A stretch of 64,000 bases of DNA from NCBI GenBank assembly GCA_963756235.1, contig CAVWNB010000004.1, positions 1,413,913 through 1,477,912 on the forward strand, given 5' to 3'. The stretch is from an uncultured Solirubrobacteraceae bacterium. GTDB lineage: Bacteria > Actinomycetota > Thermoleophilia > Solirubrobacterales > Solirubrobacteraceae. A model generated the notes under the pieces. That model had not been told where the DNA came from, did no database searches, and saw only the letters and a program-made list of their open reading frames with translations. This document shows, one piece after another, positions 9,229 to 17,969 of the stretch. Made by a program: the position numbers and the translations under genes. Each line of letters begins with the position of its first letter. Position 1 is the stretch's first letter.

Positions 9229-10050
9229 ATGAGCATTGACGACCTGCGGGCGCTACACGAGTTCGAGGGCGCCGGGCTGCCGGCAACCGAGCGCGATCGG
9301 CCTACGAGGATCACCACGACGATGCCCGCGGAGGTGGTCACGCAACTGCGTGGAGCGTTGTATGCGGAGCTGCGGCGTTCGTGCGAGGACTCGCCGGGGG
9401 CGATGCCAGAGTCACACACGCGCGCAGGATGGACGCCCACGCTGAGACGCCTCAACGGAGCGCTCAGTGGGCTCAACGTGGTTGGCTGGGTCACGCCTAG
9501 CGAGCAGCGGCCGGTGACGATCGCTCTCGACGCCGCGCTGATCGAGGTTCTGGAGGACGACGCCGAGCAGTGGGATTGGCTCTCGAAACAGGAGAGGACC
9601 GAATCGGTGGAGGGTCGTGCTCGTGCGGCGGAGCACTCGGCCACCATCGAGCGGTTTCTCGCGAGCCTCAGCGAACGTCCCGAACCCGCCACGTTGTTGA
9701 TCCCCGGATCGCTGCTCGGGCCTATCCGTGAGGGAGCCGATGACGCCCTTACTGTCGTGTCTCAGGAGATCGACCACGGAGTAGACCCGCGCGAGTGCTG
9801 CCGGCGGCTGAGCGCGATCTGCGACCTGCTTGATCTGATCGACGGGAGCGACGACGACGAGACTGCCTCAGACGTTGATGCCACCGGGCACGCCCGGACG
9901 GTGGCGGAGCTCGCCGCGCTGATGCTGCCGATACTCACGACCACCGTGGGCGACCTTGACGACGCAGACCCGTCGAAGGCTGGCGCCGAAGTCGAGCTCC
10001 AGCTGATGCGCCAGCTTCATACCGACGCGAGCCGGACGGCGGACGAATGA
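9229..10050 (+). CDS. hypothetical protein
   Basis: 273 aa ORF with a strong AAGGAGG RBS; acidic and helical. Confidence 0.75.
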   Translation: MSIDDLRALHEFEGAGLPATERDRPTRITTTMPAEVVTQLRGALYAELRRSCEDSPGAMPESHTRAGWTPTLRRLNGALSGLNVVGWVTPSEQRPVTIALDAALIEVLEDDAEQWDWLSKQERTESVEGRARAAEHSATIERFLASLSERPEPATLLIPGSLLGPIREGADDALTVVSQEIDHGVDPRECCRRLSAICDLLDLIDGSDDDETASDVDATGHARTVAELAALMLPILTTTVGDLDDADPSKAGAEVELQLMRQLHTDASRTADE

Positions 10051-10128
10051 CGACTGGCCTCCGCCGAGTGTCACAACAGCCATTCCGGTTATGACACTCG
10101 GCCGGGTAGCCTGAACGCAGTTGTCTAC

Positions 10129-10356
10129 ATGCACACCGTCGAGCACTCACCTACCCTCCCCACTTCTCGTCTGCGACCGGAGGCCGAGCTGCGCATCCTC
10201 GCGGCGGCGAAGTGGGTTGCCGGCGGCTTGGTGGGACCGAGCCCGGACGCCCTGGACTTCATCGAGGCCGTGAAGGCGGGATTGGTGAGGTTGGGCGATC
10301 CGTGGGAAGTCACGGCACGCGGACGGGCCGCCCTGCGTGGGCAAGGGTGGCTGTAG
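10129..10356 (+). CDS. small hypothetical protein (wHTH-like)
   Basis: VKAGLV...WEVTARGRAAL. Confidence 0.45.
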   Translation: MHTVEHSPTLPTSRLRPEAELRILAAAKWVAGGLVGPSPDALDFIEAVKAGLVRLGDPWEVTARGRAALRGQGWL

Positions 10357-10525
10357 GCCGTGGTCCGCGGGCGCCAACTGTGCCCTGACGCGCAGCGGCG
10401 ATTCGCCTCGCTCAGCGACGGCAGCGAGCGGCGTCGGCGCCGCAGATTTCCGGGCGAGGTAGTCGGATGGGGGTCGGCCGTGTCTTTGGCCTGGAGGCGT
10501 CCTTGCCGTCTAGTGCCTCTGAGTG

Positions 10526-11293
10526 TCAGGCGAGGCGGTAGCCGACGCCCCACACGCTGATGATCCAGCGTTCGCCTGCTACGCCGAGCTTGCGGCGTAG
10601 GCGACTGGCGTGGCTGTCCAGTGTTCGGGTATTGCCGATCGAGTGGTAGCCCCACACCGCTTTCAGCAGCTCGTGTTTCGTGAAGACCCGCCGAGGATCG
10701 CCGGCAAGGTGCAACAGCAGTTGGTACTCCATGCGGCGCAGCTCCAAGGACTCGCCGTGGAGGATCGCGGCGTGGGCGGCACGGTCGATCGTGAGCGATC
10801 CGATCTTGAGCGGCGCTGTGCGCTCATCGCCCGCAGATCGACGCAGCAGCGCTCGCAGGCGTGCCCGCAACTCCAGATACCCCGCGGCGCGAGGCAAGAA
10901 GTCGTCGGCCCCGGCCTCGAAGGCTCGCAAGACTTCGAGCTGGTGGCCGCGGGCACTGAGGACGATTACCGGCAGCCGCGACGGCCACGGCGAATCGGTC
11001 CCCTCGTGGGATTCGTCCAGGCCGTGCCCGCGGATGCTTTCGAGAAGGTCGAGGGAGCCCCTTGGTGTGTCGAGCTCTCCGATCACGACGAGTCCCGGCG
11101 GGTGCGCCCCGGCCAACACGCCAGCGTGGGTCGCGGTGCTGGCGAGCTTCGTGGGATGGCCGTCGGCCGTGAGCTGTTCGGCCAGTTCTCGCCCCAGGCC
11201 GGGGTCAGACTCGACAACGAGAATCGCCGCGCGTTCGGGGCTGATGCCGGGGGTCGTCTCGGGGCGTGTGATCGCGATGCCCTGCGCGCTCAT
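10526..11293 (-). CDS. OmpR-family regulator with degenerate receiver domain
   Basis: AFEAGADDF, LRRMEYQLL, VFTKHELLKAVWG, TRTLDSHASRLRRKL, VWGVGYRL. Start ATG 11293 overlaps the upstream stop. Confidence 0.85.
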   Translation of the reverse strand: MSAQGIAITRPETTPGISPERAAILVVESDPGLGRELAEQLTADGHPTKLASTATHAGVLAGAHPPGLVVIGELDTPRGSLDLLESIRGHGLDESHEGTDSPWPSRLPVIVLSARGHQLEVLRAFEAGADDFLPRAAGYLELRARLRALLRRSAGDERTAPLKIGSLTIDRAAHAAILHGESLELRRMEYQLLLHLAGDPRRVFTKHELLKAVWGYHSIGNTRTLDSHASRLRRKLGVAGERWIISVWGVGYRLA

Positions 11294-12051
11294 GCGGCGA
11301 TCACCCCCGGCGTGGCGGGGCGCTTTGCCTGGATCAGCGCGGCGCGGTAGGAGGACGGAGAGGCCCCGTAGCGGCGCCGGAACGCTCGCGCGAAGTGCGA
11401 TCCCTGCGAGTAGCCGACCCGCTGCGCCACGTCGCACACCGGGATCGAGGGCAGCGACAGAAGCTCAGCCGCAGCCTCCAGGCGCCTGCCGGCGAGGTCA
11501 TCCTGAAAGGTGACATTGCCGAACTGCGAATAGGCGCGCTGTAGCTGGCGCGGGGAGCTGGCGAGCGCCTTCGCAACGGCGTCCAGCGTCAATGCCCTGC
11601 GGTAGTAACGCTTGACCGCCAAGCGCGCGAGCAGGTACAGCCGGCGGCGTTCACTAACGGTGGACGGCCGGTGCTTTGTGGCCGGTCGCTTTCGTGCGGC
11701 GGGCGGTATGCCGTCCAGACCGAAGTGAAGGTTAAGCAACTGGCGCACGCGCTCGCGCTTGATGCCGAGCCGTTCACCAATTTGTTCGAGGGTCAACCCC
11801 TCGACCGCGCGCAAACGGAACATCGTCAGCTCGCGCTCGCCCGGAACATGACCGCCGTTGCGAGAGAACGGTGTCAGGCCGTGACGGTGAAGCTCGCGGA
11901 TGAGCTCGTAGAGCTCCACTCCGCTACTGAACTCGGGGCGTTGGATCAGCTCGCCGGTGGTGTACTCGGCGAGCTGATCCACTTGTTGTATTCCGGCCCG
12001 AGCCAGGCTGGGGGAGGCAGCCTGGCTCAAGGCCAGCTCGGCGACGCGCAT
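11290..12051 (-). CDS. RNAP alphaCTD-like / sigma70 region 4 / AraC HTH fusion protein
   Basis: N-term VAELALS...LARAGIQQVDQL; middle LRAVEGLTLEQIGERLGIKRERVRQL; C-term VAQRVGYSQGSHFARAFRRRYGASPSSYR. Confidence 0.8.
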   Translation of the reverse strand: MRVAELALSQAASPSLARAGIQQVDQLAEYTTGELIQRPEFSSGVELYELIRELHRHGLTPFSRNGGHVPGERELTMFRLRAVEGLTLEQIGERLGIKRERVRQLLNLHFGLDGIPPAARKRPATKHRPSTVSERRRLYLLARLAVKRYYRRALTLDAVAKALASSPRQLQRAYSQFGNVTFQDDLAGRRLEAAAELLSLPSIPVCDVAQRVGYSQGSHFARAFRRRYGASPSSYRAALIQAKRPATPGVIAA

Positions 12052-12066
12052 AGTCGGCTCCGCGCG

Positions 12067-12573
12067 TCAGAGGGTCATCAGTTGATCGACGCGCTGCGCG
12101 ACCTCTGAGGGAATCGCGCGCCCGCCGCGACGCTCGATGAGACCGGCTCCCTCCAGCCGGTTCAGCGCGTCGGTGATCGCGAGCCGCTGCTTACGCTTGC
12201 GCGCGCCGTGCGCCTCGCACACCTGTTCCTCGCTGCGCGGGCCTTCGCCGTCGGCGCTGCGCACGAGCAGACCTTCGAGGACGGCTTTGTCGTCGCGGCG
12301 CTCGTGGGCGGAGTCGGGGTCGCCGGCCTGGGTGAGCTCGTGGTAGCGCACGGCCGGACGCGATGCGGTCGCGAGGTCGTTCCAGCGGTGGATAAGCCTG
12401 GAGGCGCGCAGGCGCCGGAGGCTGTCGCGGACATCGCCGGGGACGCCGATCGCGCGGGCGATCTCATCTTCTGCCCACGGCCGCTGCTGGTCGATGTCGA
12501 GCATGAGGTTGAGGACGGCACGGTCAATCAGCCCGTGCGCCTCCAACCCGTCTGGAGTACGGTGTTTGTGCAT
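12067..12573 (-). CDS. tandem winged-helix protein
   Basis: Two repeats of D.AVL..L...W/S.EE......DAL.RL...LI.R; AAGGAG RBS. Confidence 0.75.
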   Translation of the reverse strand: MHKHRTPDGLEAHGLIDRAVLNLMLDIDQQRPWAEDEIARAIGVPGDVRDSLRRLRASRLIHRWNDLATASRPAVRYHELTQAGDPDSAHERRDDKAVLEGLLVRSADGEGPRSEEQVCEAHGARKRKQRLAITDALNRLEGAGLIERRGGRAIPSEVAQRVDQLMTL

Positions 12574-12593
12574 GGGGAGTTACTGCTCCTTGT

Positions 12594-12631
12594 GTCACGG
12601 CGCCGGGGCAGTTAGAGCTGCCGCCGGCGCC
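12594..12631 (-). repeat. family C hairpin, copy 3
   Basis: Minus strand GGCGCCGG-CG-GCAG-CTCTAA-CTGC-C-CCGGCGCC-GTGAC immediately before the RBS. Confidence 0.5.
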
Positions 12632-12659
12632 AAATGTTCAGTTGTAGATAAAACGCGGA

Positions 12660-12745
12660 CCCGCCTGGCGGCGAGCCCTTCTGCGCCCCCACCGCACGCC
12701 CTTGAGGCGTGCGATCATTGGGCGGCCGAAGGGCTCGCCGGCCGG
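12660..12745. repeat. family B nested hairpin, copy outside the leading region
   Basis: cgcacgcc-cttga-ggcgtgcg-atcat nested in a cggcgagcccttc/gaagggctcgccg stem. Confidence 0.5.
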
Positions 12746-12871
12746 GACCGACAGGCCGCTGGTTTTCAGGTCATGGCGACCGTACATCGGCCCGAGCAGA
12801 CGGCGAACGTGTGACAGGAAGCCGGCACAGAAGGACACATCCCTGTCACAGTCGGGGTCGCGGGGCCGTTG

Positions 12872-13387
12872 TCAGCCGGCCCATTCCTCCGGCGGCGCAC
12901 CGGGCTTCCACGCCTTCGTGACGCCGCCGCCCTCCTGGCGGAGCGCTTGGGCGTAGTCGGTGAGCTGTGCGTGGAAAGCAAGCTCCTCGCGCGGGTCAAC
13001 GCCGCCGTCGTCGAGCTCTGAGCGCCACACGGCGAGCGCGCACAGCGTCTCGATGTGGGCCTCCTCCTTCCACCACTCGTCTTTGAGGTAGGCGAGGATG
13101 CGGGGGTAGCGGCCGTGCAGCGCGACGATCTGGCCCCACATCTCTGCACGCCAGGCGGTGTCGCCGCCGTAGGGCTCAAGCCAGCGCGCCCGGTCGCCTG
13201 CTTTGCCGCCAACGATCACGGGTGCCTGCCTGAGCGGGCGGACCTTGCCGTCTTTGGCGGCCTGGGCTACGCCGTTGCGGATCAGCTGCGCGGCGAGCCT
13301 GGAGTGTGGTTCGTTGGCGGCGCCGGCGAGCTCTTGGAGCTGGGTTGCTACGGGGTCGGGTAGGACGACCTGGACCTTGAGGCTCAT
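12872..13387 (-). CDS. relaxase-associated protein with RHH-like N-terminus
   Basis: KVQVVLPDPVATQLQELA...LAAQLIR; coupled to the relaxase stop (ATGA). Confidence 0.7.
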   Translation of the reverse strand: MSLKVQVVLPDPVATQLQELAGAANEPHSRLAAQLIRNGVAQAAKDGKVRPLRQAPVIVGGKAGDRARWLEPYGGDTAWRAEMWGQIVALHGRYPRILAYLKDEWWKEEAHIETLCALAVWRSELDDGGVDPREELAFHAQLTDYAQALRQEGGGVTKAWKPGAPPEEWAG

Positions 13388-16026
13388 CGTGTTCTCTCCT
13401 GTGTCGGTTGTGGTTGGACGATGCGGTGGATGGCGCGGGCGATCCCCGGCAGCCGGCTTCGACTTGGGGCGATCGTTCGCTGGAAGCTCGGCCCGTACTC
13501 GGGGTCGGGCAGCTCGGGGTAGGCCAGGGACGGTGTTTGCGCGTGGCTGCGGCTCATGTTCTGAGCGAGCCGTTTGATCCGGTCGGTGTCGTGGCCTTCG
13601 ACGCCGAGGTCGTCGCGGGAGACGTACCAGTCGGTGCCCTGCCGGGCGCGTGACGCCTCGACGTAGGCGGGCTCCTTGCTCGTCTGCCAGCCGCCCGTGA
13701 CGACGAGCGTGCGGGTCACGGTCGCGCCCTGCGCGCGGTGGATGTGCTGCGCGTACCCGAGCCGCAGCCGCGCGAGGTCATCCTCGGCGAGTGTTCGCCA
13801 CTGGCCGGTCACGTCGAACTGCACGAGCACTTCGCCGGCGTCGTTGATGTCCAGCACTTCGCCGCGGGCGCCGTTCTCGATCCGCTCGACGCCGGGCTCG
13901 TGGTGCTGGTCGATCATCGCTATGCGGTCGCCGGCGCGGACGCCGTAGTGAACGTCCGGCACCTGGACTTCCAGCTCGCCGAGTTCGCCGCGCTCTGCGC
14001 GGTGGTGCTGCGCGCGGGCGTTCAGTCGGTGAATCTCCTTGTTGGAGGCGTCGGAGATCAGCGCTACCTCGTTGATCGAATGGGTCTTGGTCAGCTGCGC
14101 CCAGTTCTGGACGGCCTGCTCGACTGCCTCATCGCGGGTGTCCTCCATGTGCAGGCGACCCTCGGCGTAGTAGTGCGCCATCGCGCGGTCCGAGCGCCCG
14201 GCGCGCAGGTCTGCCCACGCCCGCTGTTCGGCCGGGTCGAGGGTGCGCCGCACGTTCGACAGTTCGGCGCTCGGCGCGATCTGCGCGAGCCGGTCGAACA
14301 TGCCGCCGGCGCCGATCGAGGGCAGCTGCGCGGCGTCACCGATCGCGACGAGCTTGGAGCCGGTGTTCGCCACGAGCTCGGTGAGCCGGTCGAGGCGGTC
14401 GGTGTCGGCCATCCCTGCCTCATCGAAGTAGATCGTCGTGTGCTCGCCCACCTGCAACTGCCCGCGGTCCGCACGGGCAACGAGCGCGTCGAGCGTGAGC
14501 GTCTGACCGGAGAGCGCCGGGGAGTCCTGGCCGAGCCGCTGCGCGGTCGAGCCGGACACGGCGATCCCGAACGTGTGGTGGCCGGTCATCTGCTCGGCGC
14601 GGGCCGCCGCGTCGATCACCACGCCCTTGCCGGTGCCGGCGGGTCCGACGAGGATCGCGCCGCGCTCCGGGCCGGTGATGACCTCAAGGGCGTGGGCCTG
14701 CTCGTCTGAGAGTCGGCCGCTGATCCGCTCCGCGACCTGATCGCCCGCGGTCGAGCGCGCGTGCTCGCCCACGTCGCGCCCGGCGTCGCCGGCGAGCTCT
14801 CCGAAGCGCCGCTCGATCGCCTGCTCGCGGGCGCGGACCGCGAGCGTCGTCATCAGCCCGCCCTCAAGCGGCAGGATGCGCCGCTCGGCGATCATGCTCT
14901 TGGACAGCGCAAGCGCCTCTCTGGGCGCCAGCTCGCCGACGGATTGCTCAAGCAGGACGGCGCGCAGCTCGCCCGGCTCGAACGTGGCGGCGCGCTCGGT
15001 CAGGCGTTCCTCGACGCGATCCTCAAGCGCGCGCTCGGGCGCGTCGGGCGCCCGGTGCCCGACCGCCTGCTCCTTGTCGGTCGTGTACTCGAAGCGCGCG
15101 GCGGTCTCGTTCCAGACGAGTTGTAGATCGCCTTGGGTGACGAGCACCTTGGCCTTGCGGTTCTCCAGCTTGAGCGCGCGCAGCTCTCCGCGCTCGGGTG
15201 CCCTCCCGTACTTCGCGCGGAAGCGCTCGGCGGCGCGGGCGACCTCGCGGCTGCGCGACGAGAAGGCGTCGAGCAGCCCGCGTGGGACGCCGGCGATCTC
15301 GAAGTAGCGGCCCTGCTTGCCGGTGCCGCGCTCGATCGCGTAGCCGCGCTGGGCGAGCTCGTGCGCGAGCGCCGAGCGGTAGTACGCGCCGAGCTCCCTG
15401 GCGGAGCGGAAGATCGGCCGGGAGGCGACCGCGACGATCCGCCCGTCATCGCGCACGGCGCTCGTGATGACCACATGGCTGTGCAGCTGCGGGTCGGGCG
15501 CGTCGCCCTCCATCACGCCGCGGGCGGTCGTGTGCCGGTACTCGGCCGCGATCAGCTCAACGGCGTGCTCCTCGAAGATTTGGTTGTGGCGACTACGACG
15601 CACGGTGGGCACCGTCTCTGTCAGGTGCGCCAACGCGTCCTTGACGGCCGCGGCGTGCGCGGCCTCCATGTCGCGGCGCTGTGCCACGTCGCCGAGCGCC
15701 CACACCGCCGAGACGGACTTCGGGGCGCTGAACGTCAGGTCGATCCCGCCGCCTCGGCCGCCGCCGGCGCCTTCCGCTCGCAGCCACTCGCCGGTGCGTG
15801 GGTGGCGTCCCTCCATGAGCGCGATGAACTCGCGGCCCTCGACGGTCTCGCCCTCAATGCCGAGCCGCGCGAGCGTGTCCGGCGAGGCGAGCCATCGGCC
15901 GGGGGCCTGCGTGGGCTCACCCTCCGGGCTGAGGTAGTAGTCGCCGCGCTCTGGCCGGATCGTCTTGCTCTCCAGATAGCGCGCGTACCCGCCGCCCTTG
16001 GCGGCACCGATGCTGGCTGCGGTCAT
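13384..16026 (-). CDS. MOBF (TrwC/TraI-type) relaxase with RecD-like helicase domain
   Basis: YARYL/DYYL tyrosines, DLTFSAPKSVS, HTTAR..DPQLHSHVV, FSSRS, GPAGTGK, DEAGM, GDAAQL, GYAQHIHRAQGAT. Confidence 0.95.
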   Translation of the reverse strand: MTAASIGAAKGGGYARYLESKTIRPERGDYYLSPEGEPTQAPGRWLASPDTLARLGIEGETVEGREFIALMEGRHPRTGEWLRAEGAGGGRGGGIDLTFSAPKSVSAVWALGDVAQRRDMEAAHAAAVKDALAHLTETVPTVRRSRHNQIFEEHAVELIAAEYRHTTARGVMEGDAPDPQLHSHVVITSAVRDDGRIVAVASRPIFRSARELGAYYRSALAHELAQRGYAIERGTGKQGRYFEIAGVPRGLLDAFSSRSREVARAAERFRAKYGRAPERGELRALKLENRKAKVLVTQGDLQLVWNETAARFEYTTDKEQAVGHRAPDAPERALEDRVEERLTERAATFEPGELRAVLLEQSVGELAPREALALSKSMIAERRILPLEGGLMTTLAVRAREQAIERRFGELAGDAGRDVGEHARSTAGDQVAERISGRLSDEQAHALEVITGPERGAILVGPAGTGKGVVIDAAARAEQMTGHHTFGIAVSGSTAQRLGQDSPALSGQTLTLDALVARADRGQLQVGEHTTIYFDEAGMADTDRLDRLTELVANTGSKLVAIGDAAQLPSIGAGGMFDRLAQIAPSAELSNVRRTLDPAEQRAWADLRAGRSDRAMAHYYAEGRLHMEDTRDEAVEQAVQNWAQLTKTHSINEVALISDASNKEIHRLNARAQHHRAERGELGELEVQVPDVHYGVRAGDRIAMIDQHHEPGVERIENGARGEVLDINDAGEVLVQFDVTGQWRTLAEDDLARLRLGYAQHIHRAQGATVTRTLVVTGGWQTSKEPAYVEASRARQGTDWYVSRDDLGVEGHDTDRIKRLAQNMSRSHAQTPSLAYPELPDPEYGPSFQRTIAPSRSRLPGIARAIHRIVQPQPTQERTR

Positions 16027-16029
16027 CAC

Positions 16030-16260
16030 ACCCCCTAAGACCACGACCACGCCGAGGCGGCCAACGAATTGCACAGCGCTCGCTAAGCCCCCGCTGGGGC
16101 CTGCATCTAGTCTGTTCGGGCTTGGTGCTGTGCGCCGGGCGCGGCGAAGCCGAAGGCGAAGCAGCGCAGGCCGGAGGGGTGCGAAGGCCGCCGCGAAGCG
16201 GTCGGCCGTGCTGGCTGCGGCGAAGCCAGCAGTCCAGCGAGCAGCCCGTAGGCCGTAGGC
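16030..16260. other. candidate oriT region
   Basis: Noncoding DNA directly upstream of the relaxase with an imperfect IR (gcacagc..aagccc / gggctt..gctgtgc) and four GCGAAGC mini-hairpins. Nick site not identified. Confidence 0.45.
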
Positions 16261-16531
16261 GTGCAGTGCCGGGGTCGATCAGAGAGCCGACCGCAGGGAG
16301 GCTCGGTCACAGCGGGCGCAGCCCGCGCTATCTGAGGCCGTTGTCGGACCGCGCCGTCGGCGGTCGCCGGCGCGTGGGGATGGCGTCGCGGCCGGAAGGC
16401 TGCCGAGTGCGGGCGCGAGCCCGCGCGAGAGCCAGCCGCCGAGCGGTGCCGGTGAGCGTCAGCGAGCGGCGAGCCGGTCTACGGCCGCCGGCCCTTTGGG
16501 GTCGGCGAGGCGAGCGGGGCGGCGCCCATCT

Positions 16532-16804
16532 TCATCGCCGCGGCGGTTTCGCCCGTCGGCGGCGGCGCCTCTCCTTGGCTGCCTGCTCCACCGCCTCGAC
16601 CAGCGCGCGAAGCGCTGCTGGCGCATCGGCGCCTTGGGCGGCGAGGGGCACGGCGATCTTGTCGGCCATGACCTGTGCCGTCACGATGCCGTCCTCGATC
16701 GACAGCTCCAGGCGTGCCGGGGTGAGACCCGGCAGTTCGGCCAGCAGCTTGACGAGGACGAGCAGGTCGGCATCGGTCGTTGGACGCTCGGCCGGCGCGC
16801 TCAT
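16532..16804 (-). CDS. hypothetical protein
   Basis: MSAPAERP... ORF ending in a basic tail; ATGA coupling. Confidence 0.55.
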   Translation of the reverse strand: MSAPAERPTTDADLLVLVKLLAELPGLTPARLELSIEDGIVTAQVMADKIAVPLAAQGADAPAALRALVEAVEQAAKERRRRRRAKPPRR

Positions 16805-16977
16805 GTGCTCGTCTCGTAGCTGAGCGCGTGGCACTCGCTTGGAAGCTGCTCGCCGATCCGCCCGGCGTCAGGCGCCTCGACGGGCGGGCGGGCACCCTCG
16901 GAGCGGTTGTCGAGCAGGCACACCGAGACGGGCATCGTGGCGCAGCATAGATGCCGATGGCTGGCGTGAGCGCGCAT
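16801..16977 (-). CDS. small hypothetical protein (58 aa)
   Basis: Start and stop overlap both neighbours (TGATG, ATGA). Confidence 0.4.
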   Translation of the reverse strand: MRAHASHRHLCCATMPVSVCLLDNRSEGARPPVEAPDAGRIGEQLPSECHALSYETST

Positions 16978-17870
16978 CAGCCGAGTTCGATTTCGTGGGG
17001 ACTGCCGCCAAGGCCCTCGCGCACGATGAGCGCGAGAGTCTTGGTGTGAATCCAAGGCGTCGGCTCGGTCTCGCCTCCCTCGGGCTTCAAGCCGATACGG
17101 CGCGCGAGCCAGCTCGTCTCGCCGCTGACGTTCCCGCGGCCGTCGCGCTTGAAGCGACCGCAGCGCAGCGCGATCTGGCTGTAGCTCATCTCGCCACGCG
17201 CGACCTTGCGCTGGACGGCTTCGCGCAGGCCGCGGTTCAGCAGCGTCGGGCTCTCGTCCAGGCGATCAAGCTCGGCGCGCAGTCCGCACACCGAAGGGCG
17301 GTCCTCCCCACCGGGAGCAGCGAGGGCGTTGATGGTGAGGCTGCGCGCCGGCTCGTAGTCCTCAAGGGCGCCGACGACCTCGCGTAGCGTGAGGACGGCG
17401 AAGTCCTCCTCGCGGCCGTGGTGGTGAGTGCGCGTCCAGCGCAGCGCGCGGCACCGCTCGCCGTCGGAGACCGCCCGGATGCGGTAGGAATCGCCATTGG
17501 CGTCCAGAAGCGGCGCGTCCGACGATGGCGGCGCTGCCCTGGGAGCCGGCCGCGACAGGATCGGCGGGCGCAGCTCCAGGTCTTGCAAAGTGACTCGTCG
17601 GCAGCGACCGCGCGCTTCATCGGCGAGGTACATCTCGCAGACAACGTGTGCGTTCTCGGCCGGCTCGTCGGCGGCCAGGTGCGCGATCAGGCGCGCGTCG
17701 GCGTGCGTCCATGCGAGCCGGTCGATGACGAGCGTGCTCCCGCCCGCGCTGCGCACGGTGACGAGCTCGCGTGCCTCGCCGCTCTCGGGATCGGCGTAGC
17801 GGCCAAGGCGAACGCGATGGCGCTCGATGGGTTGGCTGACCTGGGGCTCGGGTGCCGTGAGGGTGTTCAT
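16977..17870 (-). CDS. hypothetical protein
   Basis: AAGGAG RBS before MNTLTAP; C-terminal HTH-like SYSQIALRCG. Confidence 0.7.
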   Translation of the reverse strand: MNTLTAPEPQVSQPIERHRVRLGRYADPESGEARELVTVRSAGGSTLVIDRLAWTHADARLIAHLAADEPAENAHVVCEMYLADEARGRCRRVTLQDLELRPPILSRPAPRAAPPSSDAPLLDANGDSYRIRAVSDGERCRALRWTRTHHHGREEDFAVLTLREVVGALEDYEPARSLTINALAAPGGEDRPSVCGLRAELDRLDESPTLLNRGLREAVQRKVARGEMSYSQIALRCGRFKRDGRGNVSGETSWLARRIGLKPEGGETEPTPWIHTKTLALIVREGLGGSPHEIELG

Positions 17871-17969
17871 CACTCTCCTTTGGGGGCGCCGGCCCGCTGG
17901 GATGCGGGCCGTGGTCCGATCCCGATGCACGCGCAGCGTGCGATGATCGAGAGGACACGGCCGCACTCG

